Source of the DNA: Eledone cirrhosa | Lineage: Eukaryota | Assembly (NCBI GenBank): GCA_964016885.1 | Contig: OZ024744.1 | Location: 80,414,001 to 80,478,000, forward strand | Reading direction: 5' to 3' | Length of the DNA: 64,000 bases | Shown: in pieces, positions 41,376-52,390 of the stretch | How positions within the stretch are numbered: position 1 is the first letter of the stretch | Layout: each line of letters starts with the position of its first letter | Notes under the pieces: generated by a model | What the model was told of the DNA's origin: nothing | The model's database searches: none | Seen by the model: only the letters and a program-made list of their open reading frames with translations | Position numbers and translations under genes: made by a program

Positions 41376-41623
41376 AACACATAAGCAGGTAGCACACACA
41401 TCTAGGACCACATACAACACACAGGCAGGTAATACACACATCTAGGACTACATACAATTCATAATCAGGTAGCACACACATCTAGGACCACATACCACAC
41501 ATAAGCAGGTAATACACACATCTAGGACCACATGCAATACATAAGCAAGTAATACATACATCTAGAAATACATACAACACACAGGAAGGTAATACATACA
41601 TTTAGGACCACATACAACACACA
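41376..41623. repeat. Short (~6 monomer) outlier array of the 40-bp satellite inside the hAT element
   Basis: Same monomer and orientation as 17964-38883, with more substitutions. Confidence 0.92.
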
Positions 41624-41624
41624 T

Positions 41625-42633
41625 TCATGTGCTACGGACAACGCAAGAGCAATGGTCGGCAAACATAAGAGTTTCGTCACTCTTCTGAAGAGAGAAAATC
41701 TATCTGTATTTGCTGTTCATTGTGTCATTCATCGACAACACTTGGCTGCGAAGAAACTCAGTGAGCCGCTGAGCAAGTCCTTGCAGGTGGCCATTGATGT
41801 CATCAATTTTATCAAACGCCATTTCCTCAAAGATAATGACGAAGAATTCGTCAAGTTGCTCCTTCATACTAAAGTGAGGTGGCTTTCAAAGGTCAAGTGC
41901 TTACTCCTTTGAACTGTTCGACTCTATCATTGAGTTTCTTGGAGGACGCAACACAGAACTGTGCAAGAAAGCCCTCAATGTGAGGCTAACATCTTCGACA
42001 AATGCAATAGCGTCATTATGGCTTTGCAGGGGGAAGAAGATCAACTTGCTTAAATCAAGGAATGCTGTGAAAACATTCCTGGCCAAATTGAACGTCATCG
42101 AAAGGAATCTTTGTAGATGGGAATTCTATAATTTTCTTAGTGTCGCCAATGTTCAAAACATTGTAAGCGAAGACCAACTCCAAATTTATACCACTCACCT
42201 CCGGGCACTACAAGACAACATGAGAGAATGGTTTGTTGACTTTTTGCCGATGGACATCCCAATGTGGATAGCAGATCCCTTCATAGCTACCGTCGACGAT
42301 TTGGACGTTAAATTTCAGGAAGAATTCATTGAACTTCAAGCAGATGACATGATCAAAATTAGATTTCCTAAAATAGGTGAACCCCTTTTTTGGATGCAAG
42401 AGGAAATTCAGCATCAATTTCCACTCCTACATGCAGAGGCTAAGAGATTTGCTCTGCCTTTTCCAAGCTCATTCTTAGTCGAGAGGAGGTTTGGTGCTAT
42501 TTCCAGACCGCACAGTAAGTCTTGCAACCGCTACAGTGTGATTACATGTGGAGATCTCTGGCTACATCTTACGAAAATTCAGCCGCACGTCAAAGAGTTA
42601 GCTAGACTCCATGAAGCCCAAGGATCCCATTGA
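41625..42633 (+). pseudogene. hAT transposase, C-terminal half (Buster/ZBED5-like)
   Basis: CATDNARAMVG, HCVIHRQHLAAK, LLLHTKVRWLSK, PFPSSFLVERRF and terminal AQGSH; frameshifted. Confidence 0.88.
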
Positions 42634-43314
42634 AATGAGGTCAAAGTTAAAGTAAGTTGATTTATCCGAAAACTTGGATATGCTATTGTTACAAAGCAAA
42701 CTAACAATTTTTTTATTTGTAGTTGCAGTCTGACTGGACTGGAAACCATCTACTACAATTCACTTGTTGTATATATTTGTTGTATATATTTTACCATTTA
42801 CTAATAAATAAACCCTCTTATATGGTCATGAAAACCCTCTTCCGTGGTCTCTAAGCTCACAAAGCGGAGGGGACATCAAGTTAGATATCAACATTTATTC
42901 TGTCCGTTTCATTAAACGGGAAATTGGAAAGCTTCGAAATGATATAATTGCCACTTTCTTCCAGATAAGAGCACACTTGGGATAGACAGAGTTGCTCTTG
43001 TATAAATGTCCAACATATCTGGCAACACCTGGTGAGAATATAACAAATTCGACTAGTCCTTCAGCAGCACCGTTTTACGTCCGTTATTCCACGCTAGCAT
43101 GGGTTAGACGGGTTGTCCTGTTGTGGGCAGTGTCCGGTTGGCTGACCTTGTCTTGCTCATACCGGAACTGATTCTGGCTTGATTTCTAACACCAATCTCA
43201 TTTACAGTGAGTGCTGGGTGCTTTTTTCCGTGGCGCCTACACGTCCACTTTTACAATGTGGGCTCGGTGCTTTTTTGCCATGGCACCTCCACGACCAGTT
43301 TGCAGTGGAATGAT

Positions 43315-43460
43315 AGGGACCCCAGTCCTATCATCTCATTTCTACAGCTGAGTAAACTGGAGCAATGTGAAATAAAGTGTCTTGCTCAAGGAAACAACAC
43401 ATCACCCAGTCCGAGAATTGAACTCACAACCTTTCGATTACAAGCCCAATGCTCTAACCT
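43315..43460 (-). mobile_element. tRNA-headed SINE of a second family, nested in the hAT
   Basis: The minus strand reads ggttagagcattgggcttgtaatcgaaaggttgtgagttcaattctc (tRNA-like head), then ttccttgagcaagacacttt (CORE-like). Confidence 0.6.
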
Positions 43461-43706
43461 TATTCATAAAAGAGAACATTTATGTTCCTTTTTTTGAAAT
43501 TTATATATTTCCTTTCAAAGAATGTATTTATACTCTCAGCTGCCTGCAATGGTATCTTTGGAATATTGTTAATCAATTTTTTAGTAATCGACTGATATCA
43601 AAATCAGTAGTATATTGAAAAATGGAAAAATACGGTAGGGGGAGTTTCGTGATTTCGTGGGACAAAAGCGTTTGGCCTAAATGGGTTGAGAACCTGTGAT
43701 CTAGAT

Positions 43707-43806
43707 CAAAGGTTCTCAACCCATTTCGGCCAAAATTACAAAACGGCCCCTACCCTATTTTTCCATTTTTCAATATACTACTGATTTTGATATTAGTAGA
43801 TTACTG
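43707..43806 (-). mobile_element. Second, inverted hAT right end abutting the TSD
   Basis: Approximate reverse complement of 43582-43698. Confidence 0.8.
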
Positions 43807-44397
43807 GGCCAAATCAAGTTATGTTAGAATCTTTAAAAAAAATCTTTAGAAAAATACTCGTACGAATTAAATACAAAAAAGTTCAGTCCAAAACAAAAGC
43901 AAGCTATTTCAAATTATATATTTTTGAAAAATAGACGTTAATGTTCTCAAAGATTCGATCTCAGTCGAAAAAGCTTTTTTTAAAATTCTATATTTCACTG
44001 TTAGCTGTTGTAACATTTTGAGTGGATAGACAATTCTACAATTTAAACTGTAAAGTCAAAATACAAAAGTTGCAAAATATGAAGAATTTCTTACCTTTCT
44101 CTTGAATCACAAATTCAAGGGGAAAATAGTACCTTGCAAAATAAAGTGCCTCGATCACAAACTTAGTTGCAACGAATGAATTGAGATCCTTAGTGATAGT
44201 GAGGAAACAATATCTGTATCCCTTATATACATACATAGATAGATACACACACACATACACGCGCGCGCGCGTACTAACACACACACACATACAAACAAAC
44301 TTGTGTGTGTGCCTTGTTTTTGGTACAGAAATAATTTTGTCTCCAGTTTTTATTACCGGGTCAAAAGCCACTGCTCTTTTCAACGTCAAATAACAAA

Positions 44398-44443
<46 letters not shown>

Positions 44444-44530
44444 GTATTGAGTTCAAAACTCAAGCATTGAAAATACAATGAAAATAGCTCAAAGAAAAAA
44501 ATATTTCTGAGCCGTGTAATAAATATAAAT

Positions 44531-45188
44531 TAATATATATGATGAAACACAAATACCAACATATCTGTGTTTATATTGTAAAAGAAATTAAGTTAGCTAG
44601 AATGAAATATACTAATTATAATATTACACCCTGCCTATATCGATTTAAAATAATAAATCAATACAAACAAACAGTATTGGCAAATGGCCATGGTGTTTAG
44701 ACAAATTTAAATTTCAAAATCAAACCTGTTCCGTAGATAAGTTTAAACTTTAAAATCCAAATATGTTTCGAGATAAATAAGTGTAAGGATATCTTGTCCA
44801 GCTCTCTTCAGTAAACACCCAGAACAAATTGAAATGCTTCACTTCTAAATATTTTAAAAGACTGTTTAACGCACATGGTTTTACAGTTTCTAGCCAGCCT
44901 CATACGCGTACTGCTAGAAATAACAGCTGTATATATGGGGCTACTATCAGCTCAACCTAAGGAGCAATTATATTAAGTGTATCTACGGAACAGGTTTGAT
45001 TTTGAAATTTAAATTTGTCTAAACACCATGGCCATTTGCCAATACTGTTTGTTTGTGTTGATTTATTATTTTAAATCGATATAGGCAGGCTGTAATATTA
45101 TAATTAGTATATTTCATTCTAGCTAACTTAATTTCTTTTACAATATAAACACAGATATGTTGGTATTTGTGTTTCATCATATATATTA
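44531..45188. mobile_element. MITE/foldback-like element with ~209-bp terminal inverted repeats
   Basis: Arms 44531-44739 and 44980-45188 show about two mismatches by eye; 240-bp spacer; TA-rich flanks. Confidence 0.75.
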
Positions 45189-45191
45189 CTT

Positions 45192-45290
<99 letters not shown>

Positions 45291-45363
45291 AAGTGTGAGA
45301 GAGATAGAAAGAGGGAGAGTCAGAGAGAGTAAGAAATGTGTGTGTGTGTGTGTTTGGTACACG

Positions 45364-45394
<31 letters not shown>

Positions 45395-45489
45395 CTGCAA
45401 CAGGGGACTCAAATATGCGGCCCGCGAACTCCTTTTCTATGGCCCGTGGTAGAACCAATATTTCATATTGCATTATAACTGGTGAAAAT

Positions 45490-45703
45490 AAGGCGGTGAG
45501 CTGGTGGAATCGTTAGCACATCTGGTGAAATGCTTAGCGGTACTTCTTCCGTTTTTACGTTCCGAGTTCAAATTCCGCCGATCTCAACTTTGTCATTCAT
45601 GCTTTTGGGGTCGATAAATTAAGTACCAGTTGTGAACTGAAATCGATGTAATCGACAGGATCCTAAACCCTAAATTTCTTGCCTTGTGCCTATAGTAAAA
45701 ATG
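45490..45703 (+). mobile_element. SINE with an 18-bp TSD, inserted in a probable hAT-MITE remnant starting ~45401
   Basis: attataactggtgaaaat at 45472-45489 and 45704-45721; B-box gagttcaaattcc. Upstream caggggactcaaa..cggcccgcg resembles hAT MITE ends. Confidence 0.8.
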
Positions 45704-46104
45704 ATTATAACTGGTGAAAATTATCACCCACCACCACGTTTGGCCCAGTACCTCTCCTCCGAGACGTAATGGTTATTTTATGTTCTTTTGAGTCTTCTAC
45801 ATACACACACACGCGCGCGCATACACACACACACATATATATATATACACTTTACTTCTTTTCTGTCTCTGGACTACGCACATGCTGGAGCATCACCTTG
45901 GTAAGTTATGGGAACGTCAACAAACCAACAAGCCTTGGTGGGAGGGCAAACACAAACGCAAAGACACACAGACATATATACATATATACGACGGGCTTCT
46001 TTTAGTTTCGGTCTATCAAATCCACTCACAGAGCTTTGGTCGGCTCGGGCAGTAGGACTGAACCCGGAAACATGTGGTTGGGAAGCAAGCTTCTTGTCAC
46101 ACTG

Positions 46105-46165
<61 letters not shown>

Positions 46166-46579
46166 AATGAAAATAGACCGAGAAACGGGACTGTCCATCA
46201 TCAGTAGTCTACTGATTATCATTGGTGTTTCTTCGCATTAAAGACCAGATACCTCAAAATCAGTGCGAGCGATAAGTAAAATAAGTTATCGGGACAGAGC
46301 GAATTGGAAGGGGAAAGTAAACAACAAACATGGTAGTAATGCAACGTAAAGAGAGGAAAAGCGAGACAAATCAGTGATACTTGTGGACTTAAGTCCGAAC
46401 AAATCAATCGACGAGAAGAGGCAGACACGTCCGAACCACGCGAAAAGTGAGAGAGAAAAGGATTTCACACAGGTCAGACGGGAGGAAGTGAGAGAGGGGG
46501 AGTAGCAGAGAGTGAGTGAAAGTGTGAGGAAGAGGCCAGCCGAGAGTGTGTGATCAGCATATATATGTGTGTGACCAGC

Positions 46580-46613
<34 letters not shown>

Positions 46614-46888
46614 TATCAAGTTAACAATGAAAATAAAAAGAAGAAAGTCAAGTTACTTTATAACTTTGTTTTTATTTTTATTGTTAATTTAATACCTAAT
46701 ATTGACTATCTAAAGAATTAATTCAGCGAAACACAGAACTTCTCTATGGATTTTACAAGATTACATTGAGTCCTATCTATGGTACGGACCCTACCACCAG
46801 AGGTAGACCAGACTGAAAAAAGAAAATATATATATATATATATATATGTGTCTTGTGTCTGTGTGTGTATACATTATATATATATATA

Positions 46889-47536
46889 TGTAGCGAAATC
46901 TGTCCGCGCCTTGAACCTTGGGTGACACCTAAAGGTCAAATTCTAGGTCAACACCCTTTTGGTGTAGACAGGTTGATGTGTTGACTATCTCCTCAAGGTG
47001 GGAGACAGGAAGTTACAGATATATATAGAGCCTGTATCATCCTACATTAACCAGATGCAACGGAGCATTGCGCTAGCAACTAACTATGTAAGGATTCACT
47101 GCTATCAACAGACCCCAGTGGTCTACAGAAATAGAGACTTCGGAGCACCCCACTATAGAACAAACTATGTGAAAGATTCACCACTATCAACAGACCCCAT
47201 GAAGTCTACAGATACACACAGAGAGATTGGAGCCCTACTACTACAGACCATGTACAAGCCACAGTGGTCTACAACCAATTACAGACCATTCAGAGGTATA
47301 CAAACCATTACTCTCTCTCTCTCACTATGGTCTCAACTATTACCACGGACTCCAACAACAACAACAACAACATAATCTGTTCGCTCGCTGTTTTCACATC
47401 AACAACAATAACAACATTAACAACTCTTGGTAACTGTTTTATACGTACTTTAACTGATTCACGTTAAGTAAACCATATATAAATCAAATCATTTATTCTT
47501 TATATTCTCGTTATTCTTATTATTCATGTTATTTAC
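46889..47536 (+). repeat. LTR-like or pseudo-LTR-like repeat with internal direct repeats
   Basis: TGTA..TACA ends and a repeated gattcac..ctatcaacagacccca motif. Segment 47297-47533 recurs inverted at 52149-52390. Confidence 0.5.
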
Positions 47537-47600
47537 AACTTTGTTATTATCATATCTAAATAACAACATCTAACTATATTTACTTACTTATACCCTTCGT

Positions 47601-47671
<71 letters not shown>

Positions 47672-48025
47672 ATACTTTGGTAAACAAATTCAGAAACGAA
47701 ATATATATATACTAGCAGTTTAGCCCGGCGTTGCTCGGGTATGTTCATTTGCTATGAAAAGTTACATACAGGTAAACGTGGTTTGAAAGCGAATAAGCTT
47801 ATCAATTAAGTGCATAAACCAGTTGAACCGGTTATTAAAAGTTACGAACCAATTAGCATTTTGGTCAATCAATGATGGGTTAATAATCTTCCAATAGCGA
47901 ATTTAGTAGATCAAAGTTGCAAGATGGTGGCCCTGATGCCGCTGGGTATCAGATTTGTCCGCCATGGGATACCCTACCAGGAAATAGTGTTCCAGACGGC
48001 ATAGCTCCAACACCTGCACCAACAT

Positions 48026-49285
48026 CTATAGCACCTCTTTGTAGACGATATTGCGTGTCATCCCTTGAGGAGAGTAAGCAAAAAGTCCATTCCTGCTCCC
48101 TGCGCGGGAACAGGCAACATAAAGTTGGCCATGGGAGAAGCATGGCTCCCCCAAATGGATGCCCGCCACCGACAATGTTTGCCCTTGTGACTTGTTAATG
48201 GACATGGCAAAACATGGTCTCACCGGGAATTGGGATCGCCGGAAATCGAACGGGATATCTGACGCCGAGAGGAAAAGGTTCATCCTTGGAATGAAAACAT
48301 TCTCCCCTCTCCCGCACCCCGTTACAATGGTGGCCTCAATCAAGTGGGTGTCAGTGACTTGACGACCATGCGAGTACCGTTGCACTGCTTTGGTGGACGC
48401 AAGTTCCTTATTAGCATAATGGGACAGCCAACCCTAAGCTTAATAATGTGAGGTGGGAGCCCTGGGGGCTCAAGGAGATTTAATAACTCAACCGGATAAT
48501 TAACGATATCGTCGGGGTCTGATTTGAAGATGTGCTCTTTACCGGGAATCTTCTGAATCAGCTGCTCGTTAATAAAATTAACCATGGTATTTTTCGGAGC
48601 AAGGATGGCTCTTTCGCTGAGCCAATCGAGGTTTTTTAAAGTTAGATGAGACATTAGGAAAAACTGCTTCCCAAAGGTCAGAAGGGCTGCTCACAATGTT
48701 GCACAGGGTGTCGATTGCTATGCCGCCCTTGTCATCCGCAGGGATCTTGCCCTCACCAAGTGCTAAAATGTTCTGTGCTGCAGACATGTTGTCACCATGC
48801 AAATGAGCACGCATATTTGTGCTCAGGTACAAACTATTCACCTGGAGCCACAACATGGACGACTTAAGACAGGCACGCACTTCATCAGCTCTTGTCCCTT
48901 TGGGGATGACAGGCAGCGTTTTTCGAAAATCCCCTGATAGCAGAAGGGTTACGCCACCCATAGGAGCCGTAGAATCCCTAATGTCTTTCCGGGCCTCGTC
49001 CAATGCCTCAAGGGCACCCTTGTGTGCCATTGTGCACTCATCCCAAACAATGAGGCAACATCTTTTGAGAACCAGAGCTTTGTGTGAACTCTTGCTGATA
49101 TTGCATGTTGGTGTCTCAGTTTTTACTAAATCCAAAGGGAGTTTAAAGGTTGAATGTGCTGTCCTGCCTCCCGGCAGCAAAGTAGCAGCGATCCCGGACG
49201 ATGCAACGGACAACGCAACTTTTTTCTCTTGACGAATCTTAGCGAGAATCAAATTCGTTACAAAAGTTTTTCCGGTACCCCCAGG
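48026..49285 (-). pseudogene. Helitron PIF1 helicase, frameshifted
   Basis: [71 protein letters not shown] and NIVYKEVL across three frames. Confidence 0.92.
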
Positions 49286-49305
49286 ACCTTTTTTTATTGG
49301 GGGGA

Positions 49306-50052
49306 TCAGGGTTTTTTTTTTTTTGACCTTGAGGTATAACCAGTCAGTAGTTCCTTCAAAGGCTCTGGCGGTTCCGTAAGAGGGGGCAAGGTGACCTTAC
49401 CGTTTAAGCAGCACATTGCAGGTGGCTCCCCAGCCCACTTTGTAGCATTGCAGAATTGGCAATTGAAGCGCATCTCGCCTATATTTATGTCAGAGCGCAT
49501 CGAGTAATTAACGTTTTGCTCATACTTGAAAGCCCGTAGGTGCCAGTAAGGGCTGTTGGGGCTCGTCACACCGCATGCAGCTTCTCGCCGTCGACTGTTA
49601 CGCTTGAACGTAGAACATTGGTCGTGTGGTTGGTGGAAAGGTCTGGCAGCAATAGCAGAAGCAACATTTGCAATGCTAATGGACCGCCCGTCTGCATCTT
49701 TAGAAGCTATGGAAGTAGTCATAGCTGCAGCGTTCGTAGGAAGGCGAGCCGTCCGTTGTTTTAAACGTTCCAAAGACCTGGAAGCAGCATTAGTCGCAGC
49801 GTTTCTAGCCAGGCGCTTCGACCTTTGTTCACGGCTCTCTGAAGCCCTGGAAGAAGCCTGGTATGAAGCCATTTTGGCTAGGCGTGCGGTGCGCTGTTGG
49901 AAACTTTCAGCGGCTCGACATTCTGCTGAACGTAAGGCTGTCTGTGAAAGTCTTGAAGCATTTTCCTCAGAGGACTCGTTTGCTATAGTAGCATTTTGCG
50001 CCACTGCTGACGCGGTATGTCGACTGAGGCGACTTCTCTTTTTAGGTGGCAT
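49306..50052 (-). pseudogene. Helitron Rep/Hel N-terminus (basic repeats and zinc-binding motif)
   Basis: MPPKKRS.., RAAES..RTARL repeats, IGEM..CQFCNATKWAGEPPAMCCLNGKVTLPPL..PPEPLKELL; ends at an A-run junction. Confidence 0.85.
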
Positions 50053-50514
50053 TTTATGTCCAAAAGAAAGGGTGAAAGTTACTTCTACAGAAAAATTGAC
50101 TTTGAAAGTCTACTCTCTCTTTATGAATATTGTTATTGTTGTTGTGATACAAATGTTAGTAAGTAAATGGGTATCGAAAAATAAAGGGTGAAAGTTACTT
50201 CAACATAAAAATTGACTTTGAAAGTATAAGGCTGATAATTGAATGTAAAAAGATTGATAAGAAAGCCCCCCCCCCCCCCCCCCCCCCAAAAAAAAATGTA
50301 CAGGTATTTGTATGTATGTGTGTATTTTTATGTCGAAAAGAAAGGGTTAAAGTTACTTCTACAGAAAAATTTAGTTTGAAAGTGTAAGGCCGATGTGTGT
50401 GTAAATTAAGTGACAGGTATTTGTATGTATGTGTGTATATGTATGTATGTGTGTATGAAAGTGTAAGGCCGATGTGTGTGTAAATTAAGTGACAGGTATT
50501 TGTATGTATGTGTG

Positions 50515-50546
<32 letters not shown>

Positions 50547-50597
50547 TGTATGTATGTATGTATGTATGTATGTATGTATGTATGTATGTATGTATGT

Positions 50598-51200
50598 CAG
50601 GTCACCAGTTGGTGCTACTGGTAACATGTATCCCAGTACAACCTGTCCCATGGTCGGGTCGTTGGCGACTAAACTGGCAACCCCACCAAGGTTTCTTGGT
50701 GAAGAGGGTGACTTTGGACATCCTACAGGACTAAAAACAAAACCTGTCAAAAGGGCAAAGGAGCTCTTAAGAGTCAATGGCCATCTAAAATCACCGGGAG
50801 AGATGACCCCTTAGCCTTTGTCAAGGCAGAATTCTAGAAGGAAAACTCTGATATAACACCTGCAACCCTGATGGTATCCAATGATGTTGACTTGTTCTTC
50901 TTTTTGGTAAATATCATCTTGGTTAAGAGAGTGGGACTGGCTTTGTGCATTGCCTTTGCTCACTATAAAAGCTTCACGGCACAGGCATTGCTTTGTATCT
51001 GGAGATCTTTCTGCACTTGTCATCACGTGGTACCATGGGCCCAACACTATGTGTCAATAATTGTCACAAGTGTAGTGATTGTGCCAGTTTTCAAGTCGCT
51101 GGCTGGACTAAAAAGTCACACTCGTTCAGCGCATCGGTAGGGGTTCTCCTACATGGATATAAAGTAGTGGCCGTACTCGAAAACGAGTTGGCAGCCACCA
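50598..51200 (+). mobile_element. Internally deleted RTE-like non-LTR element inserted in (TATG)n
   Basis: The 3' end encodes a C2H2-like CSDCASF/FKSLAGLKSHTRSAHR* followed by a short UTR and a (TGTA)n tail; (TATG)n flanks both sides. Confidence 0.55.
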
Positions 51201-52390
51201 TGTATGTATGTATGTATGTATGTATGTATGTATGTATGTATGTATGTATGTATGTATGTATGTATGTATTAAAGGTTGAAAGTTACTTCAACATAAAAAT
51301 TGACTTTGAAAGTATAAGGCTGATAATTGAATGTAAAAAGATTGATAAGAAAGGCCCCCGAAAAAACTTTACATGTCTCTGTATGTATGTGTGTATTTTT
51401 ATGTCGAAAATAAAGGGTTAAAGTTACTTATACAGAAAAATATAGTTTGAAAGTGTAAGGCCGATTGAAAAACTTACAGTTTAGTAAATGAAAGTCAGCT
51501 TCGAAATGGAGTTTGAACGCGCTAATACAAACACACACACATATATCCGTCTTTTAGTGTGTCTGTTTGTTTCTCTCTCTTCCTCTTTATCATTATATCC
51601 CTCTTTATCATTATATGCTATTGTTATTTCTAAAAAAAACTGTGTATGCGTTGATTGATTGAAATTCCCGCGTTCCTGTTTCTGTGACGTCAATCGTAAC
51701 CCTACCAACATATATGTGTGTGTATGTACCCACATATATGTGTGTATATGTTCTTTTCAATGTTTCTCTTTTTCACAAACACTTATAAGAGAAGGTAGCA
51801 ATTTTAAGGGGAGGTGATGAAGGGAGTAGATATAGGAAACGTATATCATATGAGAGAGGAGAAATCATCGATTGTTGAAATAAATCGATTTTTCCGTAAT
51901 TGTGGCATTTTTTACCCAATAAGTTCGCCCATGACCCAAGTTAGAATATTTGTAAACATTCTGCTTAATAATTATTCATTCAATATTTTTGGAATTGTGT
52001 AAATGTATAAAATTGAAACATACATACAGACACAAAAATCTGCCTTTTATAGATAATGATATATATATATAGTTTTGCGAGGTTTTTGATATGAAATCGT
52101 GTGTCGAAACAAATATTGTTATACTTGGGGAGGGTCATATTGTTAGAGGAAATAACATGAATAATAAGAATAACGAGAATATAAAGAATAAATGATTTGG
52201 TTTATATATGGTTTACTTCACGTGAATCAATTAAAGTACGTATAAAACAGTTACCAATAGTTGTTAATTTTGTTATTGTTGTTGGTGTGAAAACAGCGAG
52301 CGAACACATTATGTTGTTGTTGTTGTTGTTGTTGTTGGAGTCCGTGGTAATAGTTGAGACCATAGTGAGAGAGAGTAATGGTTTGTATAC

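Larger units (their letters stand above)
40927..43698 (+). mobile_element. hAT (Charlie/Buster-type) DNA transposon, defective
   Basis: Termini caaaggttctcaac and gttgagaacctgtg; 8-bp TSD atctagat at 40919-40926 and 43699-43706 (NTCTAGAN preference). Confidence 0.88.
47712..52059 (-). mobile_element. Helitron with both termini and the Rep/HUH domain deleted
   Basis: Minus strand: 5' A|TCattatctataaaaggcag (52059) and 3' hairpin cccgagcaacgccggg plus CTAG|T (47712), both flanked by (TA)n. Confidence 0.85.

Noticed and set aside
46170-46210. Minus-strand CUGAUGA with a GGAC/GUCC stem as a hammerhead
   Set aside because: The required GAAA after stem II is absent (it reads cguuuc).
49556-50191. 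211-aa + strand ORF
   Set aside because: It is the antisense shadow of the Helitron N-terminal ORF.
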